In this document: piece by piece, positions 47,505-59,692 of the stretch
Numbering within the stretch: position 1 is the stretch's first letter
How the letters are laid out: every line of letters begins with the position of its first letter
Assembly: GCA_029953675.1 (NCBI GenBank)
Contig: JAMWBK010000003.1
Location: 2,542,001-2,606,000, forward strand
Length of the DNA: 64,000 nt
Reading direction: 5' to 3'
Origin: Rhodosorus marinus CCMP1338
Taxonomy: Eukaryota > Plantae > Rhodophyta
Program-made: the position numbers and the translations under genes
Notes under the pieces: model-generated
What the model saw: only the letters and a program-made list of their open reading frames with translations
Database searches by the model: none
What the model was told of the DNA's origin: nothing

Positions 47505-48907
47505 ATGAGGACGCTTATCTCAAAACCTAAACTGTTGGCTGATTGGGGCGAGGAATACGAAGAGCGTGCTGCGGAGTGGTGGGAGTTGTTCCTGGATCTT
47601 GTGTTTGTGGCTGCGGCATCGAACACTGCGGACTCGCTGAAGGAGGATCTTTCCTGGCATGGACTTCTAGCGTTTTTCCTTTTGTTTTCGTTCTTCTATT
47701 CGGGTTGGAGCTTCTACACGTTCCACCAGACTCGATACTATGGCAACTCGATGTACCACCTGGCCCTGTTATACTTTTACATTATCGGGACTGCGGGAAT
47801 GGTGGTCAATAGCGCTGGGTTCGAGTACATGGAGGGGTTCAGCGTGGCGGCGCTTATCCAGAGGATAGTTCTAATATTGATGTACCTGGACGCGTACATC
47901 GCGATTCCCCGAGCTCGGATACAGTGTAGGGCCGAGATCGGAACTCTCGTGGTGAGCTGTGTATGCCTCTTTTCGTCGATCTTTGTCAAGAACAAGACTT
48001 TCTCAATTGGAGTTTGGATCATTTCCGCGTTCTCGGAGAATGTGGCCTATGCTCTGTTCAGCTTTTTTGGCTTTTTCCGTTCCCATCTGGTATGATCCGT
48101 CCAAGAGCTTTAAAAAAGCGACGTTCACGCAGCAATCTTGGGTGCCTGAATTCTCTTGGATCCCTCTGGCAATAGGTACCGCTTAATATTGACCATTGCG
48201 CTGAAAGAATGGGATGCTTGCTTATGGTTATCCTTGGAGAGAGTGTGATTTCCGGTGTAATCAGCGGCCGCAACATTGAACTGAAATCGCATCGACTAGC
48301 GTACTACGTAGCGATGATGCTTACGATTCTCATGGCGTTTTCGTTCGGATTGATCTACTACGCTGTTATCCCTCCTCGTGAACTCCACGCTTACCGCCGG
48401 TCTGTACCACACGGGATAGGTTTCGTCTGGGTGCATTGGGCGCTGCTTTCTTCGCTACTGGCGATGGGAACGGGAGTGAAATTTGTGGTATCATCGTTGA
48501 TTCATGACGAGCAACCATCGATAGAAAGAGGTCAGGTTTATCTCCTCTTCTTCTCCCTCGCGATCTCCATGCTTTGCATTGTTGTGCTTCGGGCGCTGCA
48601 CTTCTGGGGCATTCAGCCAACCGCATCGGACCCTCCGAAGATCAGGAGGATCAAATACTTTTGGTGGGCTGTGGCCAGCGTCTGGTGTATGATCCCAGTG
48701 TCCCTCGGATTATACTTTGGGGAGAGCTCAACTTTGGTACGACCGATGGTTGCCATGGTCGCCACTGTGCCATGTGTCCTTGGCTACGCCATGTTCGAGA
48801 CCGTGCTTACCCACGTACTTGATACCGATGGCTTTGGTAACATAAAACCTGAAGGACTTCAAGTAGACAACACGATTAGGGTCAACTCCTACCACGCGAT
48901 TAAATAG
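47505..48907 (+). CDS. LtrA family membrane protein, copy 2
   Basis: Same motifs and intron position as copy 1, and near-identical protein. Confidence 0.85.
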
Positions 48908-49368
48908 GCAACAGGGAGGCGAAACCTCATGTCGTAGAATCTAGACCCGAGAATAGGGTTTTCAGGTTCTTCAAATGTGTGAGTTTCCTAGATCCTGTGC
49001 TTGACTACAGGGGGTCGAGTCTTGTGTCCCCTCCCACCCATAGCATCTCGTAGCGCGGCTTATCCAGTGAGCTCCCTAAATTGTTCTTTCTAAACTGTGA
49101 ACTTTATCTGACAGCCAACACGACACGGGCGCAAGAAAACACTAAAAGACAATATAAACCGTGGACAGATTCTCTATCCGTGAAAGGAAAGCCCTCCCAG
49201 GAAAAAAATGTCAAGGAGCGTCAAACGCATGCCTGGCTACCGTTTTAGGCCAAAGAGGGTACGCTTGAAAAGTCTACAAACAGCTAATATTGCGTTTCAT
49301 CCACAGCCTCTGCTCAGATTTTGCTTCGGAACAAGTACTACTACTCATTTTTCTGCGAGTTGTTCAAT

Positions 49369-49432
49369 CTAAGGAAACCGGATCTCAATACCATCCGGAT
49401 GCTTTGGTGGTGGGGGAGCCGGTTCCTCAGGT

Positions 49433-49467
<35 letters not shown>

Positions 49468-51044
49468 TTCAAGTTCAGCAATATCGTCAACTTCTTCAAC
49501 AAATTCGATGGGCTCTTCGTAGTCCCAAGTTAATGGATGTCCAATGATTTGCTGTAAACGCACAGAACCATATCTCTTTCAGTTTAGACTGCCTAGAATC
49601 CCTTTGCTGCCTTTGGGCTGAAAGCTTACCTCGCAACTCCCATGAATGGTTTCGGCGTAAGCTGCAAGCGGCAAGCTGAAGCTTTTGTCAGTGAACGGGT
49701 CCTCGATCATATGAGCAATTTCCTCAATGGCAAAGAGGGCCCAGGTGATCATCGCCACACCAAGAATGGTCTTCAAGCCCTGGCTATCTACCAGGATGAA
49801 CGGCAGGGTCATGGCATACAGCGAAAGGAAGCGCGATGTGTGCCTTGAGTACGCAAGCGGCACTGGAGTCTTGACAATTCGCTCACAGGCGCCCATGACG
49901 TCCATCAGAGTAGTCACATCCCCCTCCATTGAAAGCCGGACAGCAGCAGCCGGGAGCTCGCCTGCAAAGGACGATTTAAAGATATGTTTGTTCGTTAGTT
50001 GGACGTATCCCCTCCCCCGTTCGCCAACATTTTGGTTGTACGGTGAGTGTTCACAAACGGTCAACGGTCCCACAGTATAAGGTCGTTACTTAGCTGCTCA
50101 CCTTTAGGTCCAATGTCCTTTATCTCGTCGCGAATCCTGGAGGCAATTCTGTAAGGCACGTTTCCGCCTTTGGATATTAAATCATAGTCCTCCTCCCTTA
50201 GTTTAATAGGCATTTCGTCCATTCGAACTTTACCTGAACGTGTTATAACAAGAAAACACAACTCAGAAAACTCAGGCTCTGTTGCCAACTGACTGACGCG
50301 ATTGGAGGATGTAAACTCCTCACCCTGAAGATGTTGGCCCAAAAGGTAGGAAAAGGCGGCAGTGAGTGAGACCACAGCCCTGGGATTTTCCATATTCGCT
50401 ACAGCAAATGACGCAAGATTGCGGCAACGATTGATCAGGGTTCCCCAGAGTTTTCTTCCTTCCCAGAATCGGTCGTACGAGCTTTTGGTTCTGAACAAGA
50501 GCAGCAGAGAAGCAGGTACGCCCAGAATCTTATGTGGAGTCTCCGACAAATGAAAAATCTGCCAGGGTTATCGTTGAACGTAAAAGCGCGATTAGTTTCT
50601 TGCACTCAACGGGTGCAAAACTTTTTTTCTCGTCAAATCGTAAGGAACTCTCACCGAAAAATCCTTATTCACTTCATTTACCAATGCGATGACCACGCAA
50701 GTGCAAATAGTAAAGAACACGTGCGATCTAAGGTTGGAACAGTACACTCTCAGATATCAGAACACGAAGACACCCCAGTGAGCACCTTCACGCAAAAAAA
50801 CCAGAAATACTTACTGAATACGCCTAATGACAAGAGATCTCGAAAAGTTATTGAGATTCCGCGCCCAATCCGAAGACTTGTACCTCTCCGGCCGCGCAAT
50901 GCCAGCCAGAAAATCCAACTTCGGCACTTCCGGCTTATCCTGCTGTGGGGTAGTCACCATCGTAACAACCCGAACTCTCCTGCAACTGCTTCCCGGTGTT
51001 CGGGCCGACCTCACAGGCTTGACCGGATTAACAACGAAGCCCAT
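49369..51044 (-). CDS. Plastid bestrophin (UPF0187/VCCN1/BST-type anion channel), copy 1 with acidic-proline tail
   Basis: PERYKSSDW…SRSLVIRRIQ, LLLFRTKSSYDRFWEGRKLWG, IVKTPVPLAYSRHTSRFL and IEEIAHMIEDPF. Starts MGFVVNP. The last exon ends EEEEPEEPAPPPPKHPDGIEIRFP*. Confidence 0.9.
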
Positions 51045-52441
51045 CGCCTTACCACCCCAGGAAACTACACCGTCACGGCAATCCATACTTCAGTCAAAAC
51101 AAGTCAAACCCACATCACCCAACCCCACCCCCAAACCCCCCTCTCACCTCACACCGATAACAGGCACACCCAAAATCAAACCACCCTCATCCAAATCAAC
51201 ATCCTCACTACTCACAGACACACAACCCAAGACCACACCTCCCTCACTCTGCCCACACGACACTCGATCCAAGCCCTCCGCCCCTCCTCCCAACAAATTC
51301 TCCCTCCCTCCTCCAAAAAACAATTACCCCCACCACCCCATCTTCTCTCCATTCACACACCCACCCCATCCCCATCCTTCCCCCCCCCCCAACTTCTTCG
51401 TTTGTATTGTCCCATTGCAAAAAAATAAACTTTGATCTAAAAAACAAACAAAAAACAAACAAAAAACCGCCACCCCCCTCCTTTTTCAAGTATCAAAACA
51501 AAAACCCGGTCAGTTCCTCTTCTCTCTCCTTCTCTCCCCAAAAATAGGAATCTCTACATTCTAAATCTTGTGATCGCAATTAGTTAATAAATTTTATGCG
51601 ATCCTTCGGAGTCCCATTCTCACCCCCCTCCCCACCTCGCCTCCCCATCCCCCCGGGCGATCTGTTTTGAAATCCTGCGATCCATTTGTTGTTTTTTTTG
51701 ATTCATTCGCAATTTGGAATATCCGGACATACATTTTTAACGTGTTTTTTTTTTTTGGTTTGTCGGAAGGGGTGGGGCGGGGGTCGGTAGGAAAGGAAAA
51801 CGGGGGTTAAGAGTGTGGAGTGTTGTTTTCTAGTTGAAATTGTGAAAGACTAGGGTTTCGGATTGGGATTTGCTGGCATTAAACATCATCTATGGGGCGG
51901 ACGGGATTGGTTGGGTTGTTTGGGGTGCCGGTGGGGGTTGGGGGAGGCGGGGAAAGCGGCACCACGGCGTCGTGCACTTCACAGAGCTATTTTTTCGAGG
52001 TTTGACATACTATCCCCAGTGTTTTTTTTTCTCCCGTCGGGTTCAGTGTGGCGTGGATGACTAGTCCCTCCGTGTCTGGATGGAAAAGGATAGATTGGTG
52101 CGATTGAGAGAGATGCTCTCTCGTTGTTGGTTTTTTTTTTTCCAGTCTGAATTAGCAACTTTATCTGAAACGGACATAGACGAGGGAACAATAACAAATC
52201 AACTAGCGGGAATTTTCCATACTTGATCGTCCCCTGAAAATAGGTCCCCAAGGACGGGACCTCAATTGCAAACCGGCTATCGTCTATACTAGAGAGAGAG
52301 TGCGCGCCTTCTGTGTGTTTTCAAAGCCCGGAATAGTTGTGCTTTGCGCTTTTCGTCCTCTTCAACCGATCGATCACATTTGCTTCAAAGAAGGTAGTGC
52401 TCCCAAAAGACCAGTTTTAGAGGATCAAAGGTAGTCGGACA

Positions 52442-53916
52442 TCACTCAGTTAATTTGTGTCCAACCAGTTCCTAATGCACATGATACGATCGATAAGTTG
52501 ACAATCCGAGATAATTTGTTTTTTGTTCTTCCCCTGATGCGTTACCTCGAGACTCCCATGGATGGTTATTGCGTAATCTCTGAGCGGCAAGCTTACGCTC
52601 TTGGGTGTGAAAGGATCTTCAATCATATGACCGATTTCCTCAATACCGAAAAGTGCCCAAGTGATCATGAGCACACTTAAAACTACCATCAGCCCCTCTT
52701 TGTCCACCAGGATCAACGGCAGGGTGAACGCGTAGACTGAAAGGAATCGCGATGTGTGTCTGGAGTACGCAAGAGGAACTGGTGTCTTAACAATTCGCTC
52801 ACATGCACCCATAACGTCGATCAGGGTTGTAACATCCTCTTCCATCGACACACGAACCGCAGAGGCAGGGAACTCGCCTTTGGTGACAAGACAAAAAACA
52901 GCAATGTTTTGGTTAGTCCCGTTGGCCAGAGACTTTTACATGTTGAAATCGATATCTTGTGATTCGCTTGCTCTGGAAAGTACCATTATTTCCAACGCCC
53001 CTGATCTCCTCTCGAATCATCGCCGCGACCCGGTAAGGCACATTTCCACCCTTGCCGATTTCTCGGAGTTCGTCATCCTGCAGCTTAATGGGCATTGTAG
53101 ACATACGAACCTCACCTACGCGAGTTAGTATTGCGGAAACGCTCAGATGTCCTTCCTTTCGATTCATTGAAATGGGTTGACTAGTGCAAGTCCTTACCCT
53201 GAAGATGTTGGCCCAAAAGGTAGGCAAAAGCTGCGACCAGGGGAACAACACGAGTGGGGTCCTCCATATTCGTCACAGCGAGAGACGCGAGATTGCGGCA
53301 TCTGTTGATGAGCGTTCCCCAGAGTTTTCTTCCCTCCCAGAATCGGTCGTAAGCGGAGTTGGTACGGAAGACAAGCAACAGAGAGGCAGCTGTACCGAGG
53401 AGCATGTGCGGCAGGGTCGACAAATGGAACAGCTACGTGACAAACAGGGCATCGAGCAACCTCTTTTCAGATGAATCCAATGGACTCCTTGAGACTATAC
53501 GGACACTTACCACGAAGTCTTGGTTAACTTCATGAGCCAATCCCACGGCAGCGGCCATAAAAATGTTCCAAAGCAAATGCGATCTGCAGAACGGAAGAAG
53601 CGCGACCAAAACTCAGACTCTGCAAGGACAAACGTGCACCTTCAAGGCCGCGATCGTGAACGACTTACTGAATACGCCTCAAAACGGACGATCTCGGCAG
53701 ATTGGTGAGGTTACGCGCCCAATCCGAAGAAGTATACCGTTCCGGTCTCGCAATTCCGGCCTTCAAGTTCGACAGATCGGGGGGGCCCTGTGGCGCAGTT
53801 GGAGTACTGACTCTCGTCAGAACACGATACCTGGTACAACTCTTTCCGGTCGCCGGCGACGCCCTCACAGGCTTAACAGCCGGGTTGACAAAACCCAATC
53901 CTTCAAAAGAATACAT
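52442..53916 (-). CDS. Plastid bestrophin, copy 2 (short C-terminus)
   Basis: PERYTSSDW…SSVLRRIQ, LLVFRTNSAYDRFWEGRKLWG and IEEIGHMIEDPF. The spliced end reads IHGSLE|ELVGHKLTE*. First intron position shared with copy 1. Confidence 0.9.
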
Positions 53917-56723
53917 TTCTAAACTCTCCCAACAAACAACAAACAAGAAAAACCAACCCAAGATCGTCAAAATACGACAAGATACCCAGCCAACACTCTT
54001 CCCTCCTTAACTCTACCCGAAATCCCTCCGAAATACGATTATGTATGACATCCAAACCATCTAAAAGTCCTAACGCCCCTACACCCACCCCCACCCCCCC
54101 CCCAACCAAGTCAAAACTCCAAAACAGAGGCTTTACCCCTACTAGAGATTTTAAGATTGTAATCACAAAAGGCCAGGCCCAACGCGCAACCATGGCCAAC
54201 AATCCACAACACAAACATTGCACTTCCAGCGCACTCGACTTTCAAAAACGTCCTCGAAATCCGAGATTTTCCAGAATGGAAATCGCTCAGGAAACCCGAA
54301 ACCAACAAATTAGGGTTTTCGTCTGCTGCTTAGGGGGTTTCGATTGGTGGGGAGAGGGGGGGGAGGGATGAGAAAAGGAAATGGGAGAGAGATGACTACA
54401 TCCAGCAGTAGATGGAGATAAATTCCAGATTTCGAGAATATCCGATTCATTTCATGATTGGCTAGATGATACTAGAAAGAATATGATTGGAGAAAGCGTT
54501 TCATTCGTTTGTGTTTGGTTTGTTCTGATTGGTTGGTATTTTTTTTTCGAACGGAGTTGGGAGAGGGTTTTTAAATATTAGGGTTGCGGCGGTCGTAGAT
54601 AAAGGGATACGGGTTGCTAGTTTGGGAATCGGGGAGATTTTGCTTTTTTTGGGTTGTTGGGGGGTGGGTAGGTTTCGGGCAGGTTCTTTGCTTTCTGGGT
54701 AAAAATGGCCTGGTGCTGGTTGACAACCCCGTGGCTGGATGCGATTATTGAGCTTGCCGCGGGCAATGGAGGCTGCCGCAGTTGTCACCCGCATACGCAT
54801 CAAATGAATGCTCGGGACGTAGACCGATTTTGGCCGATCTTGGATCTATCTAGTATCAGCTCCTATCCTAGCCCTGTACGAACGCGAATTGTCCAGGATC
54901 TTCGATCTACTCGATGATGCTTTGGCCCTTCAGCAAATTGCTGAACCTGCTTCCGTGGGCTCGTGCTGCTTTAACATATAGGATGACTGGCCTGTGCAAA
55001 CGACTATCCTTCGTCTGGATCAAAACCCTAGTGTAAATGTTGCACTGCGCTAGCCACCTTCCACCTCCCGATCCTAGAGGGTGAGATCTTGTCACGCTGG
55101 GTTTCACAGGATCGTTCTTCAGATCTAAGAGTTTGGAAGCGTGTATCCCGTAAGGCATCGTCACTGCCTCTCCACAGCTCCAAAGGAACACGCTCGAGCC
55201 GTTCACTTCCCAGCATCGTACACCCTTTTTTGAATACATTTTCAGCCATCTCGCTCCGTTAAACTGTAGTGCTTTAAAATATTTCACAATTAAACAACAA
55301 ATGACGAATCAATATACGACAAATTGACCCATCGGCAGAAAACGTATAATCTGACTTGTCTAACCGCATAAAGGGCGCCAATCATCGTTGGAAATCGAAA
55401 ATGACGGTTTTTGGAGCGGAAACGCTCCAAAAATAACCAATCATAACTTGGAAACGTTAGCAATCACCTAATAACAAACCAATCATCACGTGAAAATCCT
55501 TAAAATCATTATCTAATCAGGATGTTTCCAACGTCGGTTGAAGGCCACGAATTCATTCTCATCCGTTTGAAATCTCTTCAAAATTAAAACATTTTGTCGT
55601 CGAAGTTTGCCCAGCATGCCCCGCACCCCCTTCATCCGCTAAAGAGATTAGGACGCCTCATCGTTCTGTTGTCGAAAACGATTAAAACGTCATATCAGTC
55701 AAATTACACTACTAATTTTATAATCAAGAAGAATGTTTCGGCTTTATCAATCATTATATGTGCATCAATCATTATTGGCGTGTAGGAGAATAAGTAATTT
55801 TGTACCGTGAGAATACATCTTAATAGGAAGATACTGATGGGCGGTTTTTGGTGGATTGGTGTTAGGACTCGCTCGCTGGGATGCTCTGTGGAGGAAGGGA
55901 GCCGCTTGAGGATGAAATACTAGATTCCCCAACAGAAGCCCTCTCCTCAGATTGTTTCTGTGTTCACTTCGCTGTTAGTAGCGTTTCGGACCCTACGTCT
56001 GAAGAGATTGTGGCTACTTACGGCTTAGGGGCCGACTTCTCGTTTCCCTGATAATGGCTTTATCGCACGCGCACAAATGCTGTGGGTTGATATGACGCGG
56101 TGAACGCCCCTGTGCCGTCGGTAAGAGCTTGAGGTCTTCTGACAACAGTTGCGGAGCGAAATTTAAACACCGGACGAAGATAAGTGCTAGGAACACGCGT
56201 ACCGGTGGGACGCTCATGGAAAGATTCCATTGGCGGTGTAGCAACCATAGGATTCGCGGATGCAGATAAAATCCTTTGTTGGATATTGCAGACGCCTGCT
56301 CTCATTCAGTTATTCTGTAGACAACACTCTCTATTTGTACATTTGCACGATTGACCCTTGGTCGTTCCAAGTCCTGTCCATAGGTTCCTTTTTTTTTCTC
56401 GTATATCAGTTTCAAGTTTGAACTTCCGAACTCTTCTAGACCCAGTTACATTGTGGTTGTGGGTATTATGACTTGCTCTCACAGTCAAGCCTCCACCTAC
56501 GGAAAAGCACATGCTAATCGAGCCACTGCAGTAGATAAAGCGTGTACCAACTTGGGGTTGTCCCGGACATTCTCGGGGCCCTCAGGACGTCGCCTTCGCA
56601 AGTATTGGACTCTTCGTTGCAACAATTGATTGACCGAACAACATCTTCGGCTAATGATTTTCAGTCCTAAAATCCGATATGTGGTAACAGCCGGTGACAC
56701 TTTCTCCTGGAATCATAGCTCAG

Positions 56724-56800
56724 AGGTGGTGGAATAGTTCAATTTTTACGGGGAGGGTAGCGGCAGGTGGTGGAATAGTTCAATTTTTACGGGGAGGGTA
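56724..56800 (+). repeat. Two-copy tandem duplication, 36-nt identical block, period 41
   Basis: AGGTGGTGGAATAGTTCAATTTTTACGGGGAGGGTA at 56724-56759 and 56765-56800. Confidence 0.95.
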
Positions 56801-57121
56801 ACTGGCCAATTGCCACATACTTGCTCCAGATATTGGCTCGGATGAGGTAGGCAAAGCTCTGGCGGAGTTGTTCGTTCAGTTTGAGGCGCTTTGTTGAGGT
56901 ATATCAGTGCAGCAGTCCCTCTCTGAGAGCGAGGTTACGGAGACTACCCCGAAAAGGAATTCGGGGTTGCACGCCAAGAGCTTCGGAAGTGCGGGCTAGG
57001 CCGGGCAAAAGGCTCGCTTGCACGTTCTTGCATACCCAAGATCTGAGGGTCTGCGTACAGGACCTCGAAGCTGCTCTCAGGATTGTTGTTGTCAATCCTT
57101 GTATTGCCAACCCAAATAGCT

Positions 57122-58427
57122 ATGTCTGATTCTCCGAGGACTGAGATTGAAGAGAAAGTGAAAGCTTTTCTGGACTTCAATTCTCAATTTTCTGGGCGGA
57201 GGACGGTGATCATCACTTCCGGAGGTGACCACTATTGCCGCTCTTACAATACCTTGTTGATGATCGTGTGTTGACTCTCGCAGTTCTTGTTTGGATGCAT
57301 TCTTCGGAGTAGGGACAACTGCGCCGTTGGAGAGGAATACGGTTAGGTTCATAGACAACCTTTCCACTGGTAATCGAGGCGCGTCATCCGCAGAATCCTT
57401 TTTGAGAGTTGAGCGAGGGGACGTGAGCTACTCAGTGATTTTTCTGCACCGAAAAAGCTCCGCTCTGCCCTTTATGAGACACTTTGCGGTTCTGTCCGGC
57501 TCCTCCGGTGCCAGTTTTCTGGATTTTGACGAATCTAGTGGCGTGATACAAGGTCCGTTCCACCGTATATCCTCCCAAATGTATGCGTTGTGCTCGTCCT
57601 GCTACCATAGGTCTGAAGTTCTGGAACACTTGTTACCCTTGCGACACCCTAGTCGTTTCAGACGAAAACTTGAAGAGCGCTCTTCGGGACCGAAAAAGGG
57701 TAGGGGCTCTAAATCTGAGACTTTCATCGTTTTGTGCTTTGGGACTGAGGAAGGCGGCTTTTGTGAATGCTTGGGATTCCTTCAGGCGGAGAGTGAACGT
57801 CGGCTGCTTGAGATTTCTTTTGAGAGCGTGGAGGACTATGAGATAGTCGTTTCCTCTTCATGTCAAGCAGCTTCATCCCTCGGCAATGAGTTGATGTTTT
57901 TCAGTGCAGCTGCCGTTTCTGATTTTTACGTCCCCAGTGACAGCATGGCAGAGCACAAGATTCAAACCAGCGGGGGTGGTATGAAGATGAACCTCCATCC
58001 GGTAGGTTTCCACTGAACACCATATGCTTGACGCAGCAGTATTTTTCACGTTTGCGCATACCGTACTTGTCTCCAAAGTGTTTTCGCTTACGATTGAGAA
58101 CCTGAACGTTCACAGGTTCCGAAATTCGTCGGAAAAGTGCGCAAAGGCTGGGCTACTGAAGCTTACGTGGCATCCTTTAAACTGGAAACTGACGTGTCCC
58201 TACTAGAGCAGAAGTCGAAAAACTCGCTTTCGAGCAATGAGGTCCATGTCGTGATAGGGAATACCCTCAAGGACAGGTATGAAAAAGTGACGCTGTTCAC
58301 TTTGCAGGGAATTGGGGTGATTGAGAAGCAAGGGGTCTCGCCCATTAAGCAAGGGGTCTCGCCCATTGAGCAAGAATTAGTCAGTTGGCTGGTAGATGCC
58401 CATACCAAGCATATTGAAAGCTCGTGA
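57122..58427 (+). CDS. PPCS: Phosphopantothenate-cysteine ligase (CoA biosynthesis; CoaB/Cab2)
   Basis: ITSG|[61 protein letters not shown] and [10 protein letters not shown]. Several introns. Confidence 0.92.
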
Positions 58428-59457
58428 AGCGGAGACACGGTCTGTCTTACCAGATAGCAGGCAACTGAAATTTCACAACTGATTCACAGCAACAGAAGCT
58501 CAACTGCTAAGAAATGAAAGGTATCTTTAGTGGTTCTGACTTCAGCATTGCCGATCAGTTGGAAGCAGACACTGCATGTTCTCGCAACAAAAAAAAGCCG
58601 AGCCGAGGAACACGTTCATCGTCTGCGGGATGAACTGATAACGGCACGGTGACAAACGAGGACGACACTGAGATCGGACATGGACTGAAGTGCATAATTT
58701 AAAATTTCTATTCGTAATTATAAGATATATAATGTCGCATAAGCGATAAAAGTTTTCATATTACAATAACATTTCATTATTTATTCAAAAATACACCCAC
58801 TCTACGCGCGTACTTCTTCAAGATAAGAAACCTCTTAGAAATGTTTTCATCCACAATTCAAGTATGTACGTAAGACCTTCAGGTTTATCTTAGATTCAAG
58901 GATCTTGTGCGGAGTTTTAGTATTTTTATTAGGTAGTATGAAGGCTTGTGCTTTGATGGTTCAATATTTAGAAACAATCCCAATAAACATGTACATATAT
59001 TCTAGACATGGTTTTTTGTAGAATGTTTCAAAACCCTAAAATACTGAACTACGATTTCTGGCACCCCTCCTATGCTGCTAGACCAGTTTTCCGTTCTCAC
59101 CAAAATGAATAAAATAGTAATTTATTGGTGCTTCGGAGCTCATGGATCTGTGACATTGGTGCTATCCCCCCCGTTCTGGAAATACATTCTTCCCATTCTT
59201 GCTTATCGCGTATTTGTGTTTGACTAAGATTTCCAACCCTATGGATAGGCAGCTGAAAACAATAAACAAAAAAAAACGTTTGAAAATACTTACATCAACG
59301 ATGATTTCAGTTTTGCTGAGCAGCCACCTTCATCATTATGCATCCATTGTATAAGCCGTACGTGGGGTTCACCAAGTAGATGCAGTAATACTTTGGGATT
59401 GCAACGGCAACAGGCTTCACAGGAGTTGATTGTTGGCAACAAGGTCGCGTAGGGGCA

Positions 59458-59692
59458 CTGAATTAGTTGTGAAATTAAGTCCCTTTACTTTCTGGTAAAC
59501 TGGGTTGCGCCCGGCTTCAAGGCTTTTCAACATGTTTGGGGTGATGGGGCATGGGATGTACTAGCCAGTCTTGCGGTTACGTTAGTCTGGGGTTTGGTTC
59601 TTAATCACCTCAATCTTACCCTGGAGTAGACCATCCACCACGTTGCTTGGCACTAAACAGCGTCTCTTTTTCATACTTGTCCCGTAAGGGTT
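59458..59692 (-). pseudogene. Degenerate inverted copy of the PPCS last-exon end and 3' UTR
   Basis: The reverse complement aligns collinearly to about 58262-58487: GGACAAGTATGAAAAAGAGACGCTGTTTA vs GGACAGGTATGAAAAAGTGACGCTGTTCA (26/29), ATTGAGGTGATTAAGAACCA (17/20) and AATTTCACAACTAATTCA (17/18). Confidence 0.85.

Larger units (their letters stand above)
44980..49285 (+). repeat. Tandem segmental duplication, two units of about 2.0-2.3 kb (about 44980-47020 and about 47260-49285), each carrying an LtrA gene
   Basis: CDS offset is 2279 nt. Shared flank blocks include GATGGTAGCAGACTCCAAGTC (5'), and TGTTCTTTCTAAACTGTGAA and GAGGGTACGCTT (3'). Confidence 0.95.

Noticed and set aside
50532-51435. 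Long plus-strand ORFs over bestrophin 1 and other antisense ORFs (e.g. 13870..14471, 20216..20794, 43681..44272)
   Set aside because: They are shadows of real genes or of C-rich skewed leaders that lack stop codons.
54700-55290. Weak retroviral-integrase-like phrases on the minus strand
   Set aside because: No convincing D,D-35-E or HHCC residues, many stops, and the similarity is within chance.
58628-58690. Possible C/D snoRNA (GGATGA…CTGA…CTGA)
   Set aside because: Non-canonical C box, no terminal stem, and no rRNA-complementary guide recognised.
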